Shown here in pieces: positions 7,425 through 17,560 of a stretch of 64,000 bases of DNA. The notes under the pieces are model-generated. The model was not told the DNA's origin. It saw only the letters and a program-made list of their open reading frames with translations, and searched no databases. Position 1 is the first letter of the stretch; every line of letters starts with the position of its first letter. Origin of the DNA: a virus; the IMG/VR virus record IMGVR_UViG_3300046467_000379, positions 2,942 through 66,941 of that record. One strand, written 5' to 3'. Both the position numbers and the translations under genes were made by a program.

Positions 7425-10044
7425 CCTTCAAAAGGGCATTCAGAATCGGAGCGTCATCACCAGCTTCTTCTAATGCCTTTCTCATAGCCTCTAATTTGGC
7501 TACTTTCCCTGTTTCAGGCACCCAATATGTGGATGCATCCTCATCTGAAACCTCAGGGTCATCCGTATCTTGGTCACCCCCTCTATGCAGTGCGTCAGTC
7601 TGCCCATAATCTGACGTATATGCCATTTGCAGCCCCAAACCAGCAACTGGCTTTGAACCCTCTGGTTCAGTGTTGCTCTCTTGTTTACGTCTTCGTTGCA
7701 TATCATTCTCCTTAGTTACAGCATCTTTATGGGGAGCCTCATTAGGATTATCTTTAGTTCGTTCTACGAAAAGGGCTTGTGGGTGTGGCCCAGTTGCTGC
7801 TTGGCTATTTTGGTCTGGGGTATTGTTTCCAGCCCCCTCAGTACTGGCTTTTTGCACATAAGTCTTGTTATGCCAGCCAGGTTTCCGTTCCGTTGTACCG
7901 TTACTAACAGAAGGGTCTTCCTCTTGAGGATATGGTGCTGCAATAGCTGCTTCCATTCCTCCTGCGAGGCCCATATTAATGTGGGGTTCGTTCTTTTCAG
8001 CAACTTCCATCGCATCCTCTAATTTACGGCTTGTCTTCTTATGGTTGAGAGTATCCTCTGTCACATCTTTCTCCCAACTAAGTCTTTGATACGGGGTAAT
8101 ATTTTGGTTATATGCATCCGCTGTGGCGGGGGCACCTGACATATCCTCATCAAGTCCTGGGGCAAGACCCTTTTTACCACCTTTAGACATATTAGGAGAA
8201 CCATCGTATAAAAATTGAACGAGCCTATCTACCCCACTCTTCTTGCTTTTACCCATCAATTTCTCTCGTTTCTTATCTTGCCTACGTTTGTTTTTAAGAT
8301 GCCTTTTCTTTGTACCACGTCCCCCAAAGGTTGGTGTAAAGACTCCTGCATTTGTAGAAGTAAAGACTGTACCTGAGAGGCCATTAAAAGCACCGCCATC
8401 TCCTCCACCCTCACCTTCTTTACGAATAAACTTCATTAGCTTACTTACAGAGAAATACCGTTGTATATCAGGGTCAGTTTCAAAAGAACCTGTAGGTTTG
8501 TAGCTAGGAGATTCAAAGGCTACTTTATCAAACATCCGCTGTACACCCTCTTGATGTTGAGATGGTACTTTTGAGAGCATTGACTCCGTATGGTCTGTTA
8601 AGAAGTCATGTATGTTCATTTCTTTTCTAGTTGTATCTAAATATTCTTGGCTGGGCCTTTGACCTTTGGGCGCATTACGAGGAGGTCTGTTAGGTCTAGC
8701 TCTTCCTAAAGGAAAAGCATCGTCATAATCCATATCACGAACAGCAGCCCCATGTCTCTGCAACATATCAGAACGATGTACTCCTTTTAAACCATCCGCA
8801 TGTTGGTTAGCAGTCATAGGAACATCTCTATGAATTTTATCTAAATAATTATAAGCATGGTAATGTACACTAGGTACTGGGCGTCCCTCCCCCTTATTCT
8901 CTAAAAAGAGGGGAGCCTTGTCATGCCCAACAGGAAGAAATAAGTCAGGATGTGTATCTTCCCATTCAGTGTGGGGCCGATTCTTATCGACTTGACGTTG
9001 TATTTCATCCCCCATATGCCTACGGAAACCTTCTATACCATCATCTTCTTCAGCTTTTATGAATTTCATTAGTTTGCTTACAGCCTTTTCCTCATCCCCA
9101 AATAAATCTGGGAATCGCTGTTTAAAAGCATTTTTGGCCTTCGGCTGGGGGGAAACGGGTGTCTCTGCTGAAGGGTTTGCTGACGGGTTTGCAGAGGGTT
9201 CTTCAAGCTCACCCCCCATCGTTCTATATGTTTCACGCCTCCCTCTCATAGAAGGGTAGCGATATTCTGCCGTATCAGAATGGTGTCCTGATTCCATTGC
9301 CGCATCCCCTCTCCTTGCTCGATTCTCACGCCCATAACGTTCTTTAGGCCAAGCCTCCCCTCTGTCATAACCCTTAAAATCTGAGTGGGGGCCAGGTTGA
9401 GGGTCTGTTGGAAATTGGGGCTTCATTTCTCCCCGAATATTATCTCCCTCTCCTTCAGGGGGTAAGGGAGCCGAATCAGCAAAAGAACGAGTCATAGATG
9501 CAGGCCATTGCAATGGATTATACCCTAAACTATCAGGATTAAAGGCAGGACTTACCTGCCGAAGGCGGCGATGTAAATCATCTGCCAATCCCATAGCATT
9601 ATGGGACATATCAGTCCTCATATTAGCCCTAAGATGGTTACGATGAAAGCCTTCTAAAGTCATATTATCATTTAGACCAGCCCCCCTCTCTTCTTGAGGC
9701 TCTTCTATTTTATATTGAATAGAATCAGGATGGTATGAATACTCTTCCCCATGATTTAATATGTTATGTACAGTGCCTATGGCATGATGCCCCTCCATGT
9801 GAGTTCCCATGTCAATCCCGTCAGGATGTTCTCGTAGCAACTGTATATATGCATGAGCAGCATGAAGAGGACTACTATCCCCAGGATAATCATAGGGCTG
9901 CATTTTATTAGCTATGGTCTGAATCCGCTGTGCGTCCTTACTCCCAGATTCAGGAAGCCCTGCGGATTGATTCATATTAAACCCTTTAGGGTAAGACTCT
10001 TCTGAGTCAGGGAAACCAATTTTCTCAATGTCTTTATCGGGCAT
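7411..10044 (-). CDS. Large low-complexity protein after the portal (candidate head-internal/minor head protein)
   Basis: About 877 aa from ATG 10044 (SD GAGG); hydrophilic; repeated VSKLMKFI(K/R) motif. Confidence 0.65.
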   Translation of the reverse strand: MPDKDIEKIGFPDSEESYPKGFNMNQSAGLPESGSKDAQRIQTIANKMQPYDYPGDSSPLHAAHAYIQLLREHPDGIDMGTHMEGHHAIGTVHNILNHGEEYSYHPDSIQYKIEEPQEERGAGLNDNMTLEGFHRNHLRANMRTDMSHNAMGLADDLHRRLRQVSPAFNPDSLGYNPLQWPASMTRSFADSAPLPPEGEGDNIRGEMKPQFPTDPQPGPHSDFKGYDRGEAWPKERYGRENRARRGDAAMESGHHSDTAEYRYPSMRGRRETYRTMGGELEEPSANPSANPSAETPVSPQPKAKNAFKQRFPDLFGDEEKAVSKLMKFIKAEEDDGIEGFRRHMGDEIQRQVDKNRPHTEWEDTHPDLFLPVGHDKAPLFLENKGEGRPVPSVHYHAYNYLDKIHRDVPMTANQHADGLKGVHRSDMLQRHGAAVRDMDYDDAFPLGRARPNRPPRNAPKGQRPSQEYLDTTRKEMNIHDFLTDHTESMLSKVPSQHQEGVQRMFDKVAFESPSYKPTGSFETDPDIQRYFSVSKLMKFIRKEGEGGGDGGAFNGLSGTVFTSTNAGVFTPTFGGRGTKKRHLKNKRRQDKKREKLMGKSKKSGVDRLVQFLYDGSPNMSKGGKKGLAPGLDEDMSGAPATADAYNQNITPYQRLSWEKDVTEDTLNHKKTSRKLEDAMEVAEKNEPHINMGLAGGMEAAIAAPYPQEEDPSVSNGTTERKPGWHNKTYVQKASTEGAGNNTPDQNSQAATGPHPQALFVERTKDNPNEAPHKDAVTKENDMQRRRKQESNTEPEGSKPVAGLGLQMAYTSDYGQTDALHRGGDQDTDDPEVSDEDASTYWVPETGKVAKLEAMRKALEEAGDDAPILNALLKVDYA

Positions 10045-12082
10045 TTTCATCCTCTTCCTCATAGGGGTTATATTCCCTAGATTCCGAATCACTAGTAGTA
10101 TTATATTTGATTCCTTCGGTATGCGGGGTTTTATACACTGGCCCCATTCCGAAGGAAGCCTTTTCAACATGAGTCACACCTGTGGAATGTAAGTCTGCCA
10201 CAAAGTCTATCCCATCTTGACTAAACCACATTTGTTTACCATCTTCAGATACCTGTTTAATGATAGGCGTTTGGTATCCTTTAGACATAAGCCCCTCAAC
10301 CCAATTCTTAGGAGGGTTTAAATTAGTTGGGTCATCCTCAGATTTCCGATTATCTGCATATTTATCCAACTCCTCAGTAGTCCTCTCCTTCCTGGGCAGC
10401 GAGTTATATGTATAGTCTTTATTCTGACCGCCTTTCAACGGTGCGAAAGCCATATTTTGCATGGGCATGGGGGGCATTGGTTGTGCTTCTGCGGATTCCC
10501 CTCCACCTGGCGCAGCCCCAGTGCGTCCAGGGGCAGGATTAACGCCCTCAGGAGGAGCGGGGGGTTGTCCAGGCTGTTGCCCCGATTGAGCTTGCTGTTC
10601 CATCATTTGTTGCTGTTGTTGCATCTGTTCCATCTGTTGTTTCTGCTGGTCTATTGCCATATCCATCTGTTCACCCTGTTTTTCCATCATGTTAACAGGC
10701 TTACCAAATATCATGAACTCAGCATCTTCCACAGGAACACCGTCATCCTTCAGACGTATCTCAAAGCCCAATGCAATGAATTGATTTGCAATTTGAGCCT
10801 TTTGTTGAGAGAAGCTGATACGAGTTGCTTCAGCCTTCTCTTCAGGATTCGGTAGTTTCAAGCCCCAATCAGTTATTCCAAACGCTTCCAAAATCTGCGG
10901 GAACACCTTTTCATGGAACAATCTTTGGTCACCCTCAACCACCCTACTCATAACAACTAATTGCTGAGTTTGGGTAGAGAGGCCACCAAAGGCTTCAGGC
11001 GCACCCTGCCAAGCAGGAGTTACGCCCCACATAGCTGCAATTCGTTCCCGTATTTCGCTTCTAACAGGCAAATAGTCCATCTCATTTAGTGTATGGAACA
11101 AACGTACCATATCCACTCTTCCTCTGTTATTACGGGAGGACACAGCCACCATTGGTATATAGTTAGGGTCAAGACGTGTTTGTGCTGCAATCTGCTGCCT
11201 TTCCCTACGCAGAGACTCAGGGTCATCTGTAAAGACCATCATCATAGATGCTGGCATTTTCCTCTCAAAGAAATATCTATATAGGTTTTTATCCATTCCT
11301 ATTAAAGTAAGAGCTTTTTCAAAGATAGTTAGAATTGGACTCCATCCGTATGTCTCACTAGGAGAAAATTTAGATAGATGGATAATTTCCCCATCCAACA
11401 TGAAGATATGTTGATTCCGATGATAATACTTATACATTACAGGTTGTAATTTAATGTCACAATCATCTTGGGGGCAGTCTCCAGGGTCTTCTTTCACTTC
11501 ATCTCTATGGATTGGGCATAAGAAGTGGGCGTTTTTAGGCAACCCTGCGGCATCTAGGTCAAATTCTACTAAAGCTGGATTCAATCGTCTGAGTTCATTT
11601 ACTTTAGATTTAATGCTACCGTCCTCATCCTTTTTATATTCTTTAACTATGTATAAAAAGGAGTCATCAATCGCATTTAAGTCAAAATGAAACTGCCTCA
11701 AGACTTCTTCCAATGATTGGTCAAAAATATTACAATCATCCATAAATTTCATGAGACGTTTCTGTTGTTCAGGGTCTGGATTTTCTACTAGAGGCACCCA
11801 TTCTATGCCTCTCCTAAATACTTCACCTGTTATGTGCTGTAACGGGGAACGTACTTCTTCAATGGAGTAGGCCAACATTTGCAAGTCCATCACAAGCTGC
11901 TGACGATACGCCATTTGATGACGTACCCACGTATTCACTACATGGTCTAGACCTATAGTAGGGGCACGGCCCGTTTCTCCATTCCCAGACTTCATTAAAT
12001 CTAAAAAGTTAATTTGTTCATTAAGATTAATAACAGTTTGGGCTAGTTTAGGCACCTCAGGTAGATAATCCTGTAGTCTCAT
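10034..12082 (-). CDS. Portal protein with an HMBD-like metal-binding insert and a Q/P-rich C-terminus
   Basis: ELRRLNP, EIIHLSKFSPSETYGWSPI, YFFERKMP, RERIAAMWGVTP portal motifs; lies between terminase and capsid genes. Confidence 0.88.
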   Translation of the reverse strand: MRLQDYLPEVPKLAQTVINLNEQINFLDLMKSGNGETGRAPTIGLDHVVNTWVRHQMAYRQQLVMDLQMLAYSIEEVRSPLQHITGEVFRRGIEWVPLVENPDPEQQKRLMKFMDDCNIFDQSLEEVLRQFHFDLNAIDDSFLYIVKEYKKDEDGSIKSKVNELRRLNPALVEFDLDAAGLPKNAHFLCPIHRDEVKEDPGDCPQDDCDIKLQPVMYKYYHRNQHIFMLDGEIIHLSKFSPSETYGWSPILTIFEKALTLIGMDKNLYRYFFERKMPASMMMVFTDDPESLRRERQQIAAQTRLDPNYIPMVAVSSRNNRGRVDMVRLFHTLNEMDYLPVRSEIRERIAAMWGVTPAWQGAPEAFGGLSTQTQQLVVMSRVVEGDQRLFHEKVFPQILEAFGITDWGLKLPNPEEKAEATRISFSQQKAQIANQFIALGFEIRLKDDGVPVEDAEFMIFGKPVNMMEKQGEQMDMAIDQQKQQMEQMQQQQQMMEQQAQSGQQPGQPPAPPEGVNPAPGRTGAAPGGGESAEAQPMPPMPMQNMAFAPLKGGQNKDYTYNSLPRKERTTEELDKYADNRKSEDDPTNLNPPKNWVEGLMSKGYQTPIIKQVSEDGKQMWFSQDGIDFVADLHSTGVTHVEKASFGMGPVYKTPHTEGIKYNTTSDSESREYNPYEEEDENAR

Positions 12083-12085
12083 AAA

Positions 12086-12502
12086 TTAATCCTTTGTCAA
12101 GTTTTCTATGTCTGACATACTGGTAAGTTTAAGCATTGTTTGCATAGCCATTTCTTTAAGTAAGAAACCCTCAGTTTTATGGATTTGTTGAGTAGTAGTA
12201 TGCAAAGATTTTTCCATTTCAAGCAAACGCTCTCTAAGAACGTGGTTTTCTTCTTCTAACCCAGAATTATTTTCAAAAGCAGAATTTTGTAATGTGCCCA
12301 ACCTTGCAGCTTCTTTCACTAGAGCTATGAAAGCACCTTCCGTTAGAACCGTAACGGCTTTACTATCATCTTCAACCTCATCCTCTGGCCCTAAGTTAGT
12401 TAGGTCTTCATGCCACGTATCTAAAATACGCCAAGTATTAGTGACCTCATCCCGATTAGCTGTATACTGGGTTTCCCTATCTTTTAAGAACATTCCTACC
12501 AT
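12086..12502 (-). CDS. Hypothetical protein (138 aa, C-terminal coiled coil)
   Basis: ORF with SD AGGAGG just after the promoter motif at 12533. Confidence 0.7.
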   Translation of the reverse strand: MVGMFLKDRETQYTANRDEVTNTWRILDTWHEDLTNLGPEDEVEDDSKAVTVLTEGAFIALVKEAARLGTLQNSAFENNSGLEEENHVLRERLLEMEKSLHTTTQQIHKTEGFLLKEMAMQTMLKLTSMSDIENLTKD

Positions 12503-12528
12503 AATTACCCTCCTACTATACTTCTCTA

Positions 12529-12542
12529 ATACATTATACTAT
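12529..12542 (-). promoter_or_regulatory. Putative late promoter AGTATAATGTA
   Basis: Copy of the repeated -10-only motif upstream of the portal operon. Confidence 0.5.
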
Positions 12543-12556
12543 AAAATTTGATTTTC

Positions 12557-14407
12557 TTACGAAATCTTACACGCACTCCACCCACACACTTTACAAGTCT
12601 CACAACCACTTTCTTGTACAATCAACGGAGACTCACAATCACACTTAGCATCTTCCCCTTCTAAATGCCCCGTTACCAACACCTCTTTCTCCCTACTACC
12701 ATTACGATATACGGTAATTCCTTTGCATCCCGTCTCCCAAGCTGTCATATAAGCTTCAAACACATCTTCTAAGGTAGCCTCAGACGCAAAATTAATGGTT
12801 TTAGAGATGCCAGAATCCACATATTGTTGGAAACGGGCTTGCATTAAAACATGGTCTTCAGGAGAAATGTCTTGGGCTGTTACATATACTTCTTTAACCC
12901 AATCTGGAACATCGTCACGGTCTTTTAAAGAACCACCAGAGGCCAAATAAAGCATAAGGTCTTCAGAATAGAAATTATTTTCTTTCGCATCTTTTTTAAA
13001 CTCTTCGTTAATATAGAATAGGGTCTGACCCTCCAATATATTTTGTTTACGCCACGCCAAAGCAAAGATAGGTTCAATTCCACTAGCGCACCCCGCAATC
13101 ATAGAAATAGTGCCCGTAGGGGCTACCGTCAAACGACAAGCGTTCCTATAATTTTCTTGAATCTTATAACTACTTTGTTCCCACGCGGGGAAAGTTCCTC
13201 TAAGCGAACCTAATTCTAATGATTTAACGCTTGCCATATGATTAACAAATCGCATAACCTCGTCTCCAACTATCCGTGCCTCTTCAGAGTTATACGGAAT
13301 TCGCAACTTAATCAATAAGTCAGCAAAGCCCATAACACCTAATCCAATCTTACGAGTGGCCTTTGTCATCTTTTCAATTTCAGGAATACTATAATCATTT
13401 GCATCAATAACATTATCAAGGAAATGTACTGCATTACGGATTACGTGTTGAAGCCTATCCCAATCAATCATGTTTTCCCAGCCAACCTCAGACTGGTCAA
13501 GTCCAGTGGGACGAACAAACTTAGCGAGATTAATTGACCCCAGGTTACAACTCTCATACCCTAATAGGGGCTGTTCTCCACAAGGATTAGTTGCAATTAT
13601 ATCCCCGTATTCCTCACCAACTTTATTATCTTCATTCATTCTATCGAGGAAGACCATCCCAGGTTCTCCATTACGCCATGCACCCTGAACAATCTTTAAG
13701 AAGACTTCTCTTGCATTTAAAACTGAGACGGGGAATCCTGTTTTAGGGTCATTTAATGTATAGTCCTGGCCCAGTTTAACTGACTTCATGAAGTGGGTGT
13801 CAACAGCAACAGAAATATTAAAATTATGTATATCTCCCTCTGTTCTCTTACACTCAATAAAAGAAAGGATGTCGGGGTGTCTCACACTCAGAACAGCCAT
13901 GTTAGCTCCGTCACGCTTGCCCCCCTGAGTTATCATACTGGACACCCTAGAGAGCGTTTTAAGCACCTCTATGGGGCCACAGGCAACACCATGAGTAGAT
14001 TGAATCTTAGCCCCCTTGGGTCTAATTTTAGATAGCGCAAAACCTGTGCCGCCACCAAATTTCTGCACCATAGCGGCATCCGTAGCAGACTTCATGATTT
14101 GTTCCATACTATCTTCCAATGGCAAAACGAAACAAGCTGACAAAGTGCCTTGAGCAGTGCCTGCATTCATTAGTGTGGGGGAATTAGGCAGAAATTCCAG
14201 ACTCCATAGCATCTCAAAGAAATTTTGTTCTAAGAGTGTTATTTCATTTGGAAGGACTTCATAATAGCTATCTACCTCAGCTATTGCTTTTGCCACCCTC
14301 CAAAATAGTTCTGGTGAATCTTCTGTTGGGTTCCCTTCCATATCTTTAAGAAAATATCGGTGTGCCAAAATGGTTTCTGCCTGTTCAGAAATGTGTGTGT
14401 CTATCAA
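12557..14407 (-). CDS. nrdJ: Class II (adenosylcobalamin-dependent) ribonucleotide reductase
   Basis: [37 protein letters not shown]-terminal [15 protein letters not shown]; no small subunit gene nearby; probable TTG start at 14407. Confidence 0.93.
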   Translation of the reverse strand: MIDTHISEQAETILAHRYFLKDMEGNPTEDSPELFWRVAKAIAEVDSYYEVLPNEITLLEQNFFEMLWSLEFLPNSPTLMNAGTAQGTLSACFVLPLEDSMEQIMKSATDAAMVQKFGGGTGFALSKIRPKGAKIQSTHGVACGPIEVLKTLSRVSSMITQGGKRDGANMAVLSVRHPDILSFIECKRTEGDIHNFNISVAVDTHFMKSVKLGQDYTLNDPKTGFPVSVLNAREVFLKIVQGAWRNGEPGMVFLDRMNEDNKVGEEYGDIIATNPCGEQPLLGYESCNLGSINLAKFVRPTGLDQSEVGWENMIDWDRLQHVIRNAVHFLDNVIDANDYSIPEIEKMTKATRKIGLGVMGFADLLIKLRIPYNSEEARIVGDEVMRFVNHMASVKSLELGSLRGTFPAWEQSSYKIQENYRNACRLTVAPTGTISMIAGCASGIEPIFALAWRKQNILEGQTLFYINEEFKKDAKENNFYSEDLMLYLASGGSLKDRDDVPDWVKEVYVTAQDISPEDHVLMQARFQQYVDSGISKTINFASEATLEDVFEAYMTAWETGCKGITVYRNGSREKEVLVTGHLEGEDAKCDCESPLIVQESGCETCKVCGWSACKIS

Positions 14408-14411
14408 TCTC

Positions 14412-16091
14412 CTACCCCCTATGTCCACAATATATACAAAGTTTCCGTTCTGGTACCCAAAATTCTGGTTTGCAAATAATCTCATCACAAAGTGGATTTG
14501 GACAATCTGCCATCGTTAAATCTGGGTTCATTGTCCTAGTATAATCCATCTTGACACCTCCTGGCAACGCCATTTCCTTAACTGGGTCAAGTTCCGGTTC
14601 TAAAAAGGCCGGTGGTTCCCCTGTTTCCTTCATCTCTGCTGGGTTTTCTGGGTCAAGGAACCCTTGCAAATCACCTAGATTGGTGAATCCAAATTGCCCT
14701 GTTTCCCAGGAAGCTAGTAAAGCCATGCCAATAGAAAAGAATGCGTCTCCATGCCCCATAGGAGTTTCAGGAGCTTTTAATTCATTACTAACTGACAAGA
14801 TTTGCTGCTTCTGCCTTTCATCTTTTAGAAGTTTAAGGTTCCCTGAAAGCACATATTGTTCAAAAATCTGTGCCATTGTATTTTTAGATTTAACAGTAAA
14901 GGTTAAGGGGTGCCACCGATAATCCAGCCCTCTATCCTCTAATTCTCCCCTAGTATTATCTACGTATCCCTTATCTATATCAAAATTCTCCGCTACTTCA
15001 TTTAAGTATTCTATTTGGTCAGAGTAGTTCCACCCATCTAACCAAGATTGGTGAATTTGGCGGCATATACTCCCAACCCTCTCAAATATAACTAGGTGAG
15101 AAGGGTGGCGTTTTTTACCAACGTCAAACCCCGCAAAAATAAAGGAGCCTTCTTGCTTCCTATATTTACGGGTTGTGGGGAACTCCCGCAACGTCTCATC
15201 TTCGCAACTGAGGATATCTTCCTCATTAAAATAGGCTTCAGTAGCAAAGTGAGGAACCAACAAAAACTCAGACGCAAAGGATTTAGGCCTAGCTTTTTGT
15301 TGTTGCAGTAGCCAATCCTCATTGTACAACTCAGGCATTAGCACCCTACGCCCAGGAACGGGGTCAAGGGCTGGCAATACTCTAGACATGAAACGTTCAT
15401 CCTTCTGGAGGTTGGCAAGTAAGTCCCCAGGCATCATAGGAGTTCCTAACACTATGACTGGCACACCCTTCAAAGGAATAAACAAAGACTCCGTTAAGAA
15501 ATGGTCTTCAACCTTTGTTACCTGTCCAATATTCAAAGGGTTTTCAGGGTCACGAAGAATGTCATCTGCAATTAAAGCACCGTTAACATGCATACCCCGT
15601 TTAAATGAAAAAAGACCCCCATGCATGATGTTCATAGGCTTATTATTAATCATATATCTAGCTGAGAAGTCAGCTTTGGGAGTACGGTTATCCATCCACT
15701 CCACTAATTGGGGGTTCCTAGAGATGGCTTTGTTAATCTCAGAGATGTGGTAACGAGCCATCCCATCACTATACGATAAATACAGTACAGAGCAGTCTCT
15801 GGGGGCTGTTAAGAGCCTCCACACACTAAAGGCGTGGCCTAAGAGGGTACTTTTAAAATGGAACCGTGGGAGGACGGCACAATAGTTCAACCCTGCTTGC
15901 ATACATTTTTCAATGTCTTCAGCTACTATGCCAACATGCCAAGCCTTAAAATATTCAGGGTTATCAAAACTTTGTGACCATATATTAACAAGAAATTCAT
16001 GGAAGGAGCCTACCTTGGCTTTTCCAGAAGTTAATAATCCTGCTGCTAATCTATCAAATGCATCATTAAAGGTAGTTATCTCTTGTGTCAT
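14412..16091 (-). CDS. terL: Terminase large subunit
   Basis: Walker-A-like PRFHFKST, Walker B LIADD, coupling motif GTP, nuclease GFDVG and HGDAFFS; Cys-rich C-terminus. Confidence 0.9.
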   Translation of the reverse strand: MTQEITTFNDAFDRLAAGLLTSGKAKVGSFHEFLVNIWSQSFDNPEYFKAWHVGIVAEDIEKCMQAGLNYCAVLPRFHFKSTLLGHAFSVWRLLTAPRDCSVLYLSYSDGMARYHISEINKAISRNPQLVEWMDNRTPKADFSARYMINNKPMNIMHGGLFSFKRGMHVNGALIADDILRDPENPLNIGQVTKVEDHFLTESLFIPLKGVPVIVLGTPMMPGDLLANLQKDERFMSRVLPALDPVPGRRVLMPELYNEDWLLQQQKARPKSFASEFLLVPHFATEAYFNEEDILSCEDETLREFPTTRKYRKQEGSFIFAGFDVGKKRHPSHLVIFERVGSICRQIHQSWLDGWNYSDQIEYLNEVAENFDIDKGYVDNTRGELEDRGLDYRWHPLTFTVKSKNTMAQIFEQYVLSGNLKLLKDERQKQQILSVSNELKAPETPMGHGDAFFSIGMALLASWETGQFGFTNLGDLQGFLDPENPAEMKETGEPPAFLEPELDPVKEMALPGGVKMDYTRTMNPDLTMADCPNPLCDEIICKPEFWVPERKLCIYCGHRG

Positions 16092-16597
16092 GAAAGTGCT
16101 GGCTCCTCAGTTTGTATTAATGCTTTTAATCGTCCCGCTACCCGCTTCAATGTATCTTCATCATTAATTTCTTCTACCAAGACACTTAGCACATTCTGTA
16201 CAAATTGAAGATTAACCATTCCCTTAATCACTTCACGCTCTCCTTTTATACCCATATCTAAGGCCTTAGCCGCATCGGATGCCTTATCAAAATTTAAATG
16301 TTCTAATTCATGCCCTGCTTTATGACGAAGGGATTCGTAGGTATCTAAATGTTCCTGCTGAGTTCTGGCAAACCGTTGACCTTCACTTTCTTTTATCTTA
16401 TTAATTGCCTCAACACGAACTTCGACCTGTTGCACACCCCAATCCCCGTCCCTTGCCCACAAATAAATGGTGGATGGCTTCACCTCAACAGCAAAGTCAT
16501 CCCACAAGATTTCAGCAATCTCTCTAGCAGATTTATCACCTTTAATGTATAACCCTAAAGCCCTCTCTTTAATCTCAGGGGGGAATTGTTTTGGCAT
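16088..16597 (-). CDS. terS: Terminase small subunit (HTH)
   Basis: MPKQFPPEIKERALGLY..SAREIAEIL..STIYLWAR..W HTH; ATGA overlap with terL. Confidence 0.72.
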   Translation of the reverse strand: MPKQFPPEIKERALGLYIKGDKSAREIAEILWDDFAVEVKPSTIYLWARDGDWGVQQVEVRVEAINKIKESEGQRFARTQQEHLDTYESLRHKAGHELEHLNFDKASDAAKALDMGIKGEREVIKGMVNLQFVQNVLSVLVEEINDEDTLKRVAGRLKALIQTEEPALS

Positions 16598-16598
16598 T

Positions 16599-17081
16599 TT
16601 AATACTCCCTAATATCGGGGGCACGTAAACCCCTTCTAGGTGCCCTATCTTCCTGTCCCCAATTAGAAGGAATGTCAAATGACGGGTCTTCCATATGCTG
16701 GGATTCAAGGCTTCCCCCATAAGGACTTCCATCAGACTGTAACAACCCTGCAAAATTCAGGTTTCCCGTTTTCCTTACAGCAGAAGTAAAGCATTCAGGT
16801 TTACCGTTGAGATATTTTAATCCAATCTCTTGGCGAGTACATAGCCCTCTCCACACACCAGCATCTTTGCCAATAGGCTGATACCCACGCTTATTCAATA
16901 ACTTACCAGTTGTCCGTTGAGTATCTTCTACTTGGGTATTATGCTTACATCCAAAATAGTCACACCAAACCACTACCCCATACTTCTTTTTAAATTCTTG
17001 GGCTGTCATGCCCTCAGGTAGTTTATCCACATACTCTACGCTAGTCTCAGTCTTCCCTTTCATATAAAATACTACACTCAT
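16599..17081 (-). CDS. Cys-rich protein resembling DUF1540
   Basis: C-x4-C-x-H-N ... C-x4-I ... C-F-T pattern (WCDYFGCKHN, GLCTRQEI, PECFT). Confidence 0.5.
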   Translation of the reverse strand: MSVVFYMKGKTETSVEYVDKLPEGMTAQEFKKKYGVVVWCDYFGCKHNTQVEDTQRTTGKLLNKRGYQPIGKDAGVWRGLCTRQEIGLKYLNGKPECFTSAVRKTGNLNFAGLLQSDGSPYGGSLESQHMEDPSFDIPSNWGQEDRAPRRGLRAPDIREY

Positions 17082-17560
17082 ATTTTCTCCTCCGCAAGTT
17101 CATTTCTACACCACAGGGCTACGCAAGAGGCATCAGCCCAATCCTGTTCTGCAAATTGAGTATCCCAAAACCTGTTTGCATACTCTAAAATATCACTCTT
17201 CGCTGCATTCCCATTCCCCACTGTCACTTTCTTCCATGTTTTATTTTGTACTAATGTACTCTCCAACCCATGTAAAGAACATATAAACTTCGTAGCATAC
17301 ACTACAGAGGCAATCTGCATTGTAGTGCGTGGGTTTTGAATAAAAATGGGGGCTTCAACAGCCACCCATAACGAAGGATACCTTTCTATTATTATACCTA
17401 GCTCCTCGTAAAATTTAGTCAAAAAGTCCACGAATCTGGAGTCAAAATCCTTAATTGGAGAAATCCATTTTCTAGTTTCTTGTAAGACCCCATCATGATT
17501 AATGATGCTCCCGTGGACGGCTTTACTAGAGCAGTCTAATCCTAGATAGTATCTATCCAT
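17078..17560 (-). CDS. ruvC: RuvC-like Holliday junction resolvase
   Basis: YLGLDCSS, VAVEAP, WKKVTVGNGNAAKSDI, DWADA motifs; start ATG 17560. Confidence 0.85.
   Translation of the reverse strand: MDRYYLGLDCSSKAVHGSIINHDGVLQETRKWISPIKDFDSRFVDFLTKFYEELGIIIERYPSLWVAVEAPIFIQNPRTTMQIASVVYATKFICSLHGLESTLVQNKTWKKVTVGNGNAAKSDILEYANRFWDTQFAEQDWADASCVALWCRNELAEEKI

Noticed and set aside
9163-9200. Short tandem repeat encoding PSANPSANPSA
   Set aside because: Coding microrepeat in a disordered linker; not an array
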